A program made the translations under genes and the position numbers. A stretch of 64,000 nucleotides of DNA from Eledone cirrhosa. Lineage: Eukaryota. The notes below the pieces were generated by a model, which was not told the DNA's origin, searched no databases, and worked only from the letters and a program-made list of their open reading frames with translations. The stretch is from the NCBI GenBank assembly GCA_964016885.1, contig OZ024740.1:137020001-137084000 (forward strand), given 5' to 3'. Shown here one piece after another: positions 14,201 through 27,900 of the stretch (position 1 is its first letter; each line of letters opens with the position of its first letter).

Positions 14201-15700
14201 CCTTCTCTTATCACTTTTCTCTCAATCTCCAATTCTCTCTTTCCCTTCTCACATTTCTCTCAATCTCCAATTCTCTTTTTCTCTTCTCACTTTTCTCTCA
14301 ATCTCCAATTCTCTCTTTCTTTTATCACTTTTCTCTCAATCCCCATTCTCTCTCTCACTTATCACTATTCTCTCAATCTCCAATTCTCCCTTTCTCTTGT
14401 CATTTTTCTCTCAATCTCCAATTCTCTCTTTCTCTTATCACTTTTCTCTCACTCTCCAATTCTCTCTTTCTCTTATCAGTTTTCTCTCAATCTCCAATTC
14501 TCTCTTTCTCTTATCACTTTTCTCTCAATCAACAATTCTCTCTTTCTCTTATCACTTTTCCCCCAATCTCCAATTCTCTCTTTCTCTTATCACTTTTCTC
14601 TCAATCTGCAATTCTCTGTTTCTCTTATCACTTTTCCCCCAATCTACAATTCTCTCTTTCTCTTATCACTTTTCTCTCAATCTCCAATTCTCTCTTTCTC
14701 TTATCACTTTTCCCCCAATCTCCAATTCTCTCTTTCTCTTATTACTTTTCTCTCAATCTCCAATTCTCTCTTTCTCTTCTCACTTTTCTCTAAATCTCCA
14801 ATTCTCTCTTTCACTTCTCACTTTTGTCTCAATCTCCAATTCTCTCTTTCTCTTATCACTTTTCTCTCAATCTCCAATGCTCTCTTTCTCTTATCACTTT
14901 TCTCTCAATCTCCAATTCTCTCTTTCTCTTATCACTTTTCCCCCAATCTACAATTCTCTCTTTCTCTTATCACTTTTCTCTCAATCTCCAATTGTCTCTT
15001 ACTCTTATCACTTTTCTCTCAATCTCCAATTGTCTCTTACTCTTATCACTTTTCTCTCAATCTCCAATTCTCTCTTTCTCTTATCACTTTTCTCTCAATC
15101 TCCAATTCTCTCTTTCTCTTATCACTTTTCTCTCAATCTCCAATTCTGTCTTTCTCTTATCACTTTTCTCTCAATCTCAATTTCTCTCTTTCTCTTATCA
15201 CTTTTCTCTCAATCTCCAATTCTCTCTTTCTCTTATCACTTTTCTCTCAATCTCCAATTCTCTCTTTCTCTTATCACTTTTCTCTCAATCTCCAATTCTC
15301 TCTTTATCTTATCACTTTTCTCTCAATCTCCAATTCTCTCTTTCTCTTATCACTTTTCTCTCAATCTCCAATTCTCTCTTTCTCTTATCACTTTTCTCTC
15401 AATCTCCAATTCTCTCTTTCTTTTCTCACTTTTCCCCCAATCTCCAATGCTCTCTTTCTCTTCTCACTTTTCTCTCAATCTCCAATACTCTCTTTCTATT
15501 CTCAGTCTTCCCCCAATCTCCAATTCTCTCTTTCTCTTATCACTATTCTGCCAATCTCCAATTCTCTCTTTCTCTCATCACTTTTCTCTAAATCTCCAAT
15601 TCTCTCTTTCTCTTATCACTTTTCTCTTAATCTCTAATTCTCTCTTTCTCTTATCACGTTTCTCTCAATCTCCAATTCTCACTTTTTCTTCTCACTTTTC
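11240..15700 (+). repeat. Higher-order tandem duplication, 2317-bp offset (61 monomers)
   Basis: ORF starts 11687/14004 and 12507/14824, and the CTCTGAAT marker at 11484/13801, all have offset 2317 (61x38-1). Peptides match over about 330 aa. Confidence 0.92.
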
Positions 15701-16049
15701 TCTCAATCTCCAATTCTCTCTTTCTCTTATCACTTTTCTCTCAATCTCCAATTCTCTCTTTCTCTTATCACTTTTCCCCCAATCTACAATTCTCTCCTTC
15801 TCTTATCACTTTTCCCTCAATCTCCAATTCTCTCTTTCTCTTATCATTTTTCTCTCAATCTCCAATTCTCTCTTTCTCTTATCACTTTTCTCTCAATCTC
15901 CAATTCTCTCTTTCTCTTATCACTTTTCCCCCAATCTACAATTCTCTCTTTCTCTTATCACTTTTCTCTCAATCTCCAATTCTCTCTTTCTCTTATCACT
16001 TTTCTCTCAATCTCCAATTCTCTCTTTCTCTTATCACTTTTCTCTCAAT

Positions 16050-19000
16050 CTCCAATTCTCTCTTTCTTTTCTCACTTTTCCCCCAATCTCCAATGCTCTC
16101 TTTCTCTTCTCACTTTTCTCTCAATCACCAATTCTCTCTTTCTCTTATCACTTTTCTCTCAATCTCCAATACTCTCTTTCTATTCTCAGTCTTCCCCCAA
16201 TCTCCAATTCTCTCTTTCTCTTATCACTATTCTGCCAATCTCCAATTCTCTCTTTCTCTCATCACTTTTCTCTTAATCTCTAATTCTCTCTTTCTCTTAT
16301 CACTTTTCTCTCAATCTCCAATTCTCACTTTTTCTTCTCACTTTTCTCTCAATCTCCAATTCTCTCTTTCTCTCATCACTTTTCCCCCAATCTACAATTC
16401 TCTCCTTCTCTTATCACTTTTCCCTCAATCTCCAATTGTCTCTTTCTCTTATCACTTTTCTCTCAATCTCCAATTCTCTCTTTCTCTTATCACTTTTCTC
16501 TCAATCTCCAATTCTCTCTTTCTCTTATCACTTTTCCCCCAATCTACAATTCTCTCTTTCTCTTATCACTTTTCTCTCAATCTCCAATTCTCTCTTTCTC
16601 TCATAACTTTTCTCTCAATCTCCAAATCTCTCTTTCTCTTATACCTTTTCTCTCAATCTCCAATTCTCTCTTTCTCTTATCACTTTTCTCTGAATCTCCA
16701 ATTATCTCTTTCTCTTATCACTTTTCTCTCAATCTCCAATTCTCTCTTTCTCTTCTCACTTTTTCCCCAATCTCCAATTCTCTCTTTCTCTTATCACATT
16801 TCTCTCAATCTCCAATTCTCTCTTTCTCTTATCACATTTCTCTCAATTTCCAATTCTCTCTTTCTCTTATCACTTTTCTCTCAATGTCAATTTCTCTCTT
16901 TCTCTTATCACTTTTCCCCCAATATCCACTTCTCTCTTTTTCTTATCACTTTTCTCTCAACCTCCAATTCTCTCTTTCTCATATCACTTTTCTCTCCATC
17001 TCCAATTCTCTCCTTCTCTTATCACTTTTCTCTCAATCTCCAATTCTCTCTTTCTCTTATCACTTTTCTCTCAATCTTCAATTATCTCTTTTCTTATCAC
17101 TTTTCTCTCAATCTCCAATTCTCTCTTTCTCTTCTCACTTTTCCCCCAATCTCCAATTCTCTCTTTCTCTTCACACTTTTCCCCCAACCTCCAATTCTCT
17201 CTTTCTCTTATCACTTTTTTCTCAATCTCCAATTCTCTCTTTCCCTTCTCACTATTCTCTCAATCTCCAATTCTCTCTTTCTCTTCTCACTTTTCTCTCA
17301 ATCTCCAATCCTCTCTTTCTGGTCTCAGTTTTCCCCCAATCTCCAATTCTCTATTTCTTTTAGCACTTTTCTCTCAATCCCCCATTCTCTCTCTCTCTTA
17401 TCACTTTTCTCTCAATCTCCAATTCTCTCTTTCTCTTATCACTTTTATCTCAATCTCCAATTCTCCCTTTCTCTTATCACTTTTCTCTCAATCTCCAATT
17501 CTCTCTTTCTCTTATCACTTTTCTCTCAATCTCCAATTCTCTCTTTCTCTTCTCACTTTTCCCCCAATCTCCAATTCTCTCTTTCTCATATCACTTTTCT
17601 CTCAATATCCAATTGTCTCTTTCTCTTCACACTTTTCCCCCAATCTCCAATTCTCTCTTTCTCTTATCACTTTTCTCTCAATCTCCAATTCTCTCTTTCT
17701 CTTATCACTTTTCCCCCAATCTACAAATCTCTCCTTCTCTTATCACTTTTCTCTCAATCTCCAATTGTCTCTTTCTCTTATCACTTTTCTCTCAATCTCC
17801 AATTCTCTCTTTCTCTTATCACTTTTCTCTCAATCTCCAATTCTCTCTTTCTCTTATCACTTTTCCCCCAATCTACAATTCTCTCTTTCTCTTATCACTT
17901 TTCTCTCAATCTCCAATTGTCTCTTACTCTTATCACTTTTCTCTCAATCTCCAATTATCTCTTTCTCTTATCACTTTTCTCTCAATCTCCAATTCTCTCT
18001 TTCTCTTATCACTTTTCTCTCAATCTCAATTTCTCTCTTTCTCTTATCACTTTTCTCTCAATCTCCAATTCTCTCTTTCTCTTATCACTTTTCTCTCAAT
18101 CTCCAATTCTCTCTTTCTCTTATCACTTTTCTCTCAATCTCCAATTCTCTCTTTCTCTTCTCACTTTTCCCCTAATCTCCAATTCTCTCTTTCTCTTATC
18201 ACTTTTCTCTCAATCTCCAATTCTCTCTTTCTCTTATCACTTTTCTCTCAATCTCAATTTCTCTCTTTCTCTTATCACTTTTCTCTCAATCTCCAATTCT
18301 CTCTTTCTCTTATCACTTTTCTCTCAATCTCCAATTCTCTCTTTCTCTTATCACTTTTCTCTCAATCGCCAATTCTCTCTTTCTCTTCTCACTTTTCCCC
18401 TAATCTCCAATTCTCTCTTTCTCTTATCACTTTTCTCTCAATCTCCAATTCTGTCTTTCTCTTATCACTTTTTTCTCAATCTCCAATTCTCTCTTTCTCT
18501 TATCACTTTTCTCTCAATCTCCAATTCTCTCTTTCTCTTATCACTTTTCTCTCAATCTCCAATTCTCTCTTTCTCTTATCACTTTTCTCTCAATCTCCAA
18601 TTCTCTCTTTCTTTTCTCACTTTTCCCCCAATCTCCAATGCTCTCTTTCTCTTCTCACTTTTCTCTCAATCACCAATTCTCTCTTTCTCTTATCACTTTT
18701 CTCTCAATCTCCAATACTCTCTTTCTATTCTCAGTCTTCCCCCAATCTCCAATTCTCTCTTTCTCTTATCACTATTCTGCCAATCTCCAATTCTCTCTTT
18801 CTCTCATCACTTTTCTCTTAATCTCTAATTCTCTCTTTCTCTTATCACTTTTCTCTCAATCTCCAATTCTCACTTTTTCTTCTCACTTTTCTCTCAATCT
18901 CCAATTCTCTCTTTCTCTCATCACTTTTCCCCCAATCTACAATTCTCTCCTTCTCTTATCACTTTTCCCTCAATCTCCAATTGTCTCTTTCTCTTATCAC

Positions 19001-22000
19001 TTTTCTCTCAATCTCCAATTCTCTCTTTCTCTTATCACTTTTCTCTCAATCTCCAATTCTCTCTTTCTCTTATCACTTTTCCCCCAATCTACAATTCTCT
19101 CTTTCTCTTATCACTTTTCTCTCAATCTCCAATTCTCTCTTTCTCTCATAACTTTTCTCTCAATCTCCAAATCTCTCTTTCTCTTATACCTTTTCTCTCA
19201 ATCTCCAATTCTCTCTTTCTCTTATCACTTTTCTCTGAATCTCCAATTATCTCTTTCTCTTATCACTTTTCTCTCAATCTCCAATTCTCTCTTTCTCTTC
19301 TCACTTTTTCCCCAATCTCCAATTCTCTCTTTCTCTTATCACATTTCTCTCAATCTCCAATTCTCTCTTTCTCTTATCACATTTCTCTCAATTTCCAATT
19401 CTCTCTTTCTCTTATCACTTTTCTCTCAATGTCAATTTCTCTCTTTCTCTTATCACTTTTCCCCCAATATCCACTTCTCTCTTTTTCTTATCACTTTTCT
19501 CTCAACCTCCAATTCTCTCTTTCTCATATCACTTTTCTCTCCATCTCCAATTCTCTCCTTCTCTTATCACTTTTCTCTCAATCTCCAATTCTCTCTTTCT
19601 CTTATCACTTTTCTCTCAATCTTCAATTATCTCTTTTCTTATCACTTTTCTCTCAATCTCCAATTCTCTCTTTCTCTTCTCACTTTTCCCCCAATCTCCA
19701 ATTCTCTCTTTCTCTTCACACTTTTCCCCCAACCTCCAATTCTCTCTTTCTCTTATCACTTTTTTCTCAATCTCCAATTCTCTCTTTCCCTTCTCACTAT
19801 TCTCTCAATCTCCAATTCTCTCTTTCTCTTCTCACTTTTCTCTCAATCTCCAATCCTCTCTTTCTGGTCTCAGTTTTCCCCCAATCTCCAATTCTCTATT
19901 TCTTTTAGCACTTTTCTCTCAATCCCCCATTCTCTCTCTCTCTTATCACTTTTCTCTCAATCTCCAATTCTCTCTTTCTCTTATCACTTTTATCTCAATC
20001 TCCAATTCTCCCTTTCTCTTATCACTTTTCTCTCAATCTCCAATTCTCTCTTTCTCTTATCACTTTTCTCTCAATCTCCAATTCTCTCTTTCTCTTCTCA
20101 CTTTTCCCCCAATCTCCAATTCTCTCTTTCTCATATCACTTTTCTCTCAATATCCAATTGTCTCTTTCTCTTCACACTTTTCCCCCAATCTCCAATTCTC
20201 TCTTTCTCTTATCACTTTTCTCTCAATCTCCAATTCTCTCTTTCTCTTATCACTTTTCCCCCAATCTACAAATCTCTCCTTCTCTTATCACTTTTCTCTC
20301 AATCTCCAATTGTCTCTTTCTCTTATCACTTTTCTCTCAATCTCCAATTCTCTCTTTCTCTTATCACTTTTCTCTCAATCTCCAATTCTCTCTTTCTCTT
20401 ATCACTTTTCCCCCAATCTACAATTCTCTCTTTCTCTTATCACTTTTCTCTCAATCTCCAATTGTCTCTTACTCTTATCACTTTTCTCTCAATCTCCAAT
20501 TATCTCTTTCTCTTATCACTTTTCTCTCAATCTCCAATTCTCTCTTTCTCTTATCACTTTTCTCTCAATCTCAATTTCTCTCTTTCTCTTATCACTTTTC
20601 TCTCAATCTCCAATTCTCTCTTTCTCTTATCACTTTTCTCTCAATCTCCAATTCTCTCTTTCTCTTATCACTTTTCTCTCAATCTCCAATTCTCTCTTTC
20701 TCTTCTCACTTTTCCCCTAATCTCCAATTCTCTCTTTCTCTTATCACTTTTCTCTCAATCTCCAATTCTCTCTTTCTCTTATCACTTTTCTCTCAATCTC
20801 CAATTCTGTCTTTCTCTTATCACTTTTATCTCAATCTCCAATTCTCTCTTTCTCTTATCAATTTTCTCTCAATCTCCAATTCTCTCTTTCTCTTATCACT
20901 TTTCTCTCAATCTCCAATTCTCTCTTTCTCTTATCACTTTTCTCTCAATCTCCAATTCTCTCTTTCTTTTCTCACTTTTCCCCCAATCTCCAATGCTCTC
21001 TTTCTCTTCTCACTTTTCTCTCAATCTCCAATTCTCTCTTTCTCTTATCACTTTTCTCTCAATCTCCAATACTCTCTTTCTATTCTCAGTCTTCCCCCAA
21101 TCTCCAATTCTCTCTTTCTCTTATCACTATTCTGCCAATCTCCAATTCTCTCTTTCTCTTATCACTTTTCTCTTAATCTCTAATGTTCTCTTTCTCTTAT
21201 CACTTTTCTCTAAATCTCCAATTCTCACTTTTTCTTCTCACTTTTCTCTCAATCTCCAATTCTCTCTTTCTTTTATCACTTTTCTCTCAATCTCCAATTC
21301 TCTCTTTCTCTTATCACTTTTCCCCCAATCTACAATTCTCTCCTTCTCTTATCACTTTTCCCTCAATCTCCAATTGTCTCTTTCTCTTATCACTTTTCTC
21401 TCAATCTCCAATTCTCTCTTTCTCTTATCACTTTCTCTCAATCTCCAATTCTCTCTTTCTCTTATCACTTTTCCCCCAATCTACAATTCTCTCTTTCTCT
21501 TATCACTTTTCTCTCAATCTCAATTTCTCTCTTTCTCTTATCACTTTTCTCTCAATCTCCAATTCTCTCTTTCTCTTATCACTTTTCTCTCAATCTCCAA
21601 TTCTCTCTTTCTCTTATCACTTTTCTCTCAATCTCCAATTCTCTCTTTCTCTTATCACTTTTCTCTCAATCTCAATTTCTCTCTTTCTCTTATCACTTTT
21701 CTCTCAATCTCCAATTCTCTCTTTCTCTTATCACTTTTCTCTCAATCTCCAATTCTCTCTTTCTCTTATCACTTTTCTCTCAATCTCCAATTCTCTCTTT
21801 CTCTTCTCACTTTTCCCCTAATCTCCAATTCTCTCTTTCTCTTATCACTTTTCTCTCAATCTCCAATTCTGTCTTTCTCTTATCACTTTTTTCTCAATCT
21901 CCAATTCTCTCTTTCTCTTATCACTTTTCTCTCAATCTCCAATTCTCTCTTTCTCTTATCACTTTTCTCTCAATCTCCAATTCTCTCTTTCTCTTATCAC

Positions 22001-24950
22001 TTTTCTCTCAATCTCCAATTCTCTCTTTCTTTTCTCACTTTTCCCCCAATCTCCAATGCTCTCTTTCTCTTCTCACTTTTCTCTCAATCTCCAATTCTCT
22101 CTTTCTCTTATCACTTTTCTCTCAATCTCCAATACTCTCTTTCTATTCTCAGTCTTCCCCCAATCTCCAATTCTCTCTTTCTCTTATCACTATTCTGCCA
22201 ATCTCCAATTCTCTCTTTCTCTCATCACTTTTCTCTAAATCTCCAATTCTCTCTTTCTCTTATCACTTTTCTCTTAATCTCTAATTCTCTCTTTCTCTTA
22301 TCACTTTTCTCTCAATCTCCAATTCTCACTTTTTCTTCTCACTTTTCTCTCAATCTACAATTCTCTCTTTCTCTCATCACTTTTCCCCCAATCTACAATT
22401 CTCTCCTTCTCTTATCACTTTTCCCTCAATCTCCAATTGTCTCTTTCTCTTATCACTTTTCTCTCAATCTCCAATTCTCTCTTTCTCTTATCACTTTTCT
22501 CTCAATCTCCAATTCTCTCTTTCTCTTATCACTTTTCCCCCAATCTACAATTCTCTCTTTCTCTTATCACTTTTCTCTCAATCTCCAATTCTCTCTTTCT
22601 CTCATAACTTTTCTCTCAATCTCCAAATCTCTCTTTCTCTTATCACTTTTCTCTCAATCTCCAATTCTCTCTTTCTCTTATCACTTTTCTCTGAATCTCC
22701 AATTATCTCTTTCTCTTATCACTTTTCTCTCAATCTCCAATTCTCTCTTTCTCTTCTCACTTTTTCCCCAATCTCCAATTCTCTCTTTCTCTTATCACAT
22801 TTCTCTCAATCTCCAATTCTCTCTTTCTCTTATCACTTTTCTCTAAATCTCCAATTCTCTCTTTCTCTTATCACTTTTCTCTCAATGTCAATTTCTCTCT
22901 TTCTCTTATCACTTTTCCCCCAATATCCACTTCTCTCTTTTTCTTATCACTTTTCTCTCAACCTCCAATTCTCTCTTTCTCATATCACTTTTCTCTCATT
23001 CTCCAATTCTCTCCTTCTCTTATCACTTTTCTCTCAATCTCCAATTCTCTCTTTCTCTTATCACTTTTCTCTCAATCTTCAATTATCTCTTTTCTTATCA
23101 CTTTTCTCTCAATCTCCAATTCTCTCTTTCTCTTCTCATTTCTCCCCCAATCTCCATATCTCTCTTTCTCTTCACACTTTTCCCCCAACCTCCAATTCTC
23201 TCTTTCTCTTATCACTTTTTTCTCAATCTCCAATTCTCTCTTTCCCTTCTCACTATTCTCTCAATCTCCAATTCTCTCTTTCTCTTCTCACTTTTCTCTC
23301 AATCTCCAATCCTCTCTTTCTGGTCTCAGTTTTCCCCCAATCTCCAATTCTCTATTTCTTTTAGCACTTTTCTCTCAATCCCCCATTCTCTCTCTCTCTT
23401 ATCACTTTTCTCTCAATCTCCAATTCTCTCTTTCTCTTATCACTTTTCTCTCAATCTCCAATTCTCCCTTTCTCTTATCACTTTTCTCTCAATCTCCAAT
23501 TCTCTCTTTCTCTTATCACTTTTCTCTCAATCTCCAATTCTCTCTTTCTCTTCTCACTTTTCCCCCAATCTCCAATTCTCTCTTTCTCATATCACTTTTC
23601 TCTCAATATCCAATTGTCTCTTTCTCTTCACACTTTTCCCCCAATCTCCAATTCTCTCTTTCTCTTATCACTTTTCTCTCAATCTCCAATTCTCTCTTTC
23701 TCTTATCACTTTTCCCCCAATCTACAAATCTCTCCTTCTCTTATCACTTTTCTCTCAATCTCCAATTGTCTCTTTCTCTTATCACTTTTCTCTCATTCTC
23801 CAATTCTCTCTTTCTCTTATCACTTTTCTCTCAATCTCCAATTCTCTCTTTCTCTTATCACTTTTCCCCCAATCTACAATTCTCTCTTTCTCTTATCACT
23901 TTTCTCTCAATCTCCAATTGTCTCTTACTCTTATCACTTTTCTCTCAATCTCCAATTATCTCTTTCTCTTATCACTTTTCTCTCAATCTCCAATTCTCTC
24001 TTTCTCTTATCACTTTTCTCTCAATCTCAATTTCTCTCTTTCTCTTATCACTTTTCTCTCAATCTCCAATTCTCTCTTTCTCTTATCACTTTTCTCTCAA
24101 TCTCCAATTCTCTCTTTCTCTTATCACTTTTCTCTCAATCTCCAATTCTCTCTTTCTCTTCTCACTTTTCCCCTAATCTCCAATTCTCTCTTTCTCTTAT
24201 CACTTTTCTCTCAATCTCCAATTCTCTCTTTCTCTTATCACTTTTCTCTCAATCTCCAATTCTGTCTTTCTCTTATCACTTTTATCTCAATCTCCAATTC
24301 TCTCTTTCTCTTATCAATTTTCTCTCAATCTCCAATTCTCTCTTTCTCTTATCACTTTTCTCTCAATCTCCAATTCTCTCTTTCTTTTCTCACTTTTCCC
24401 CCAATCTCCAATGCTCTCTTTCTCTTCTCACTTTTCTCTCAATCTCCAATTCTCTCTTTCTCTTATCACTTTTCTCTCAATCTCCAATACTCTCTTTCTA
24501 TTCTCAGTCTTCCCCCAATCTCCAATTCTCTCTTTCTCTTATCACTATTCTGCCAATCTCCAATTCTCTCTTTCTCTTATCACTTTTCTCTTAATCTCTA
24601 ATGTTCTCTTTCTCTTATCACTTTTCTCTAAATCTCCAATTCTCACTTTTTCTTCTCACTTTTCTCTCAATCTCCAATTCTCTCTTTCTTTTATCACTTT
24701 TCTCTCAATCTCCAATTCTCTCTTTCTCTTATCACTTTTCCCCCAATCTACAATTCTCTCCTTCTCTTATCACTTTTCCCTCAATCTCCAATTGTCTCTT
24801 TCTCTTATCACTTTTCTCTCAATCTCCAATTCTCTCTTTCTCTTATCACTTTTCTCTGAATCTCCAATTCTCTCTTTCTCTTATCACTTTTCCCCAATCT
24901 ACAATTCTCTCTTTCTCTTATCACTTTTCTCTCAATCTCAATTTCTCTCT
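16050..24950 (+). repeat. Three copies of an approximately 2.5-kb higher-order block (offsets 2545 and 3456)
   Basis: GGTCTC occurs at 17321, 19866 and 23322. ORF triplets 16884/19429/22885, 17613/20158/23614 and 17765/20310/23766 show the same offsets. Confidence 0.93.
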
Positions 24951-24989
24951 TTCTCTTATCACTTTTCTCTCAATCTCCAATTCTCTCTT

Positions 24990-27900
24990 ACTCTTATCAC
25001 TTTTCTCTCAATCTCCAATTCTCTCGTTCTCTTATCACTTTTCTCTCAATCTCCAATTCTCTCTTTCTCTTTTCACTTTTCCCCCAATCTACAATTCTCT
25101 CCTTCTCTTATCACTTTTCCCTCAATCTCCAATTCTCTCTTTCTCTCATAACTTTTCTCTCAATCTCCAAATCTCTCTTTCTCTTATCACTTTTCTCTCA
25201 ATCTCCAATTCTCTCTTTCTCTTATCACTTTTCTCTGAATCTCCAATTATCTCTTTCTCTTATCACTTTTCTCTCAATCTCCAATTCTCTCTTTCTCTTC
25301 TCACTTTTTCCCGAATCCCCAATTCTCTCTTTCTCTTCACACTTTTCCCCCAATCTCCAATTCTCTCTTTCTCTTCTCACCTTTCTCTCAATCTCCAATC
25401 CTCTCTTTCTATTCTCAGTTTTCCCCCACTCTCCAATTCTCTCTTTCTCTTATCACTTTTCCCTCAATCTCCAATTCTCTCTTTCTCTTATCACTTTTCT
25501 CTCAATCTCCAATTCTCTCTTTCTCTTATCACTTTTCTCACAATCTCCAATTCTCTCTTTCTCTTATCACTTTTCTCTCAATCTCCAATTCTCTCTTTCT
25601 CTTATCAATGTTCCCCCAATCTCCAATTCTCTATTTCTCATATCACTTTTCTCTCAATATCCAATTGTCTCTTTCTCTTACCACTTTTCTCCCATTCTCC
25701 AATTCTCCCTTTCACTTATCACTTTTCTCTCAAAGTCCCATTCTGTCTATCTCTTATCACTTTTCCCCAATCTCCAATTCTCTCTTTCTCACATCACTTT
25801 TTTCTCAATCTCCAATTCTCTCTTTCTCTTCACACTTTTCCCCCAATCTCCAATTCTCTCTTTCTCTTCTCACTTTTCTCTCAATCTCCAATTCTCTCTT
25901 TCTCTTATCACTTTTCTCTCAATCTCCAAATCTCTCTTTCTCATATCACTTTTCTCTCAAACTCCAATATTCTCTTCTCTCATCACTTTTCTCTCAATCT
26001 CCAATATCTCTTTCTCTTATGACTTTTCTCTCAATCTCAACTATCTCTTTCTCTTATCCCCTTTCTCTCAATCTCCAATTATCTCTTTCTCTTATCACTT
26101 TTCTCTCAATCTCCAATTCTCTCTTTCTCTTCTCACTTTTCGCCCAATCTCCAATTCTCTTTTTCTCTTTACACTTTTACCCAACCTCAAATTCTCTCTT
26201 TCTCTTATCACTTTCTCTCAATCTCCAATTCTCTCTTTCCCTTCTCACTTTTCTCTCAATCTCCAATTCTCTCTTTCTCTTCTCACTTTTATCTCAATCT
26301 CCCATTCTCTCTCTCTCTTATCACTTTTCTCTCAATCACCAATTCTCTCTTTCTCTTATCACTTTTCTCATAATCTCCAATTCTCTCTTTCTCTTATCAC
26401 TTTTCTCTCAATCTCCAATTCTCTCTTTCTCTTATCACTTTTCTGCCAATCTCCAATTCTCTCTTTCTCTTATCACTTTTCTCTCAATCTCCAATTCTCT
26501 CTTTCTCTTATCACTTTTCCCATAATCTCCAATTCTCTATTTCTCTTCTCACTTTTCTCTCAAATCTCCAATTCTCTCTTTCTCTTATCACTTTTCTGCC
26601 AATCTCCAATTCTCTCTTTCTCTTATCACTTTTCTCTCAATCTCCAATTCTCTCTTTCTCTTATCACTTTTCTCTCAATCTCCAATTCTCTCTTTCTCTT
26701 ATCACTTTTCTCTCAATCTCTAATTCTCTCTTTCTCTTATCATTTTTCTCTCAATCTCCAATTCTCTCTTTCTCTTATCACTTTTCTCTCAATCAACAAT
26801 TTTCTCTTTCTCTTATCACTTTTCCCCCAATCTCCAATTCTCTCTTTCTCTTCTCACTTTTCCCCCTATCTCCAATTCTCTTTTTCTCTTTACACTTTTC
26901 CCCAACCTCCAATTCTCTCTTTCTCTTATCACTTTTCTCTCAATCTCCAATTCTCTCTTTCCCTTCTCACTTTTCTCTCAATCTCCAATTCTCTCTTTCT
27001 CTTCTCACTTTTCTCTCAATCTCCCATTCTCTCTCTCTCTTATCACTTTTCTCTCAATCACCAATTCTCTCTTTCTCTTATCACTTTTCTCTCAATCTCC
27101 AATTCTCTCTTTCTCTTATCCATTTTCTCTCAATCTGCAATTCTCTCTTTCTGTTCTCACTTTTCCCCTAATCTGCAATTCTCTCTTTCTCTTATCACTT
27201 TTCTCTCAATCTCCAATTCTCTCTTTCTCTTATCACTTTTCTCTCAATCTCCAATTCTCTCGTTCTCTTATCACTTTTCTCTCAATCTCCAATTCTCTAT
27301 TTCTCTTTTCACTTTTCCCACAATCTACAATTCTCTCCTTCTCTTATCACTTTTCCCTCAATCTCCAATTCTCTCTTTCTCTCATAACTTTTCTCTCAAT
27401 CTCCAAATCTCTCTTTCTCTTATCACTTTTCTCTCAATCTCCAATTCTCTCTTTCTCTTATCACTTTTCTCTGAATCTCCAATTATCTCTTTCTCTTATC
27501 ACTTTTCTCTCAATCTCCAATTCTCTCTTTCTCTTCTCACTTTTTCCCGAATCCCCAATTCTCTCTTTCTCTTCACACTTTTCCCCCAATCTCCAATTCT
27601 CTCTTTCTCTTCTCACCTTTCTCTCAATCTCCAATCCTCTCTTTCTATTCTCAGTTTTCCCCCACTCTCCAATTCTCTCTTTCTCTTATCACTTTTCCCT
27701 CAATCTCCAATTCTCTCTTTCTCTTATCACTTTTCTCTCAATCTCCAATTCTCTCTTTCTCTTATCACTTTTCTCTCAATCTCCAATTCTCTCTTTCTCT
27801 TATCACTTTTCTCTCAATCTCCAATTCTCTCTTTCTCTTATCAATGTTCCCCCAATCTCCAATTCTCTCTTTCTCACATCACTTTTTTCTCAATCTCCAA

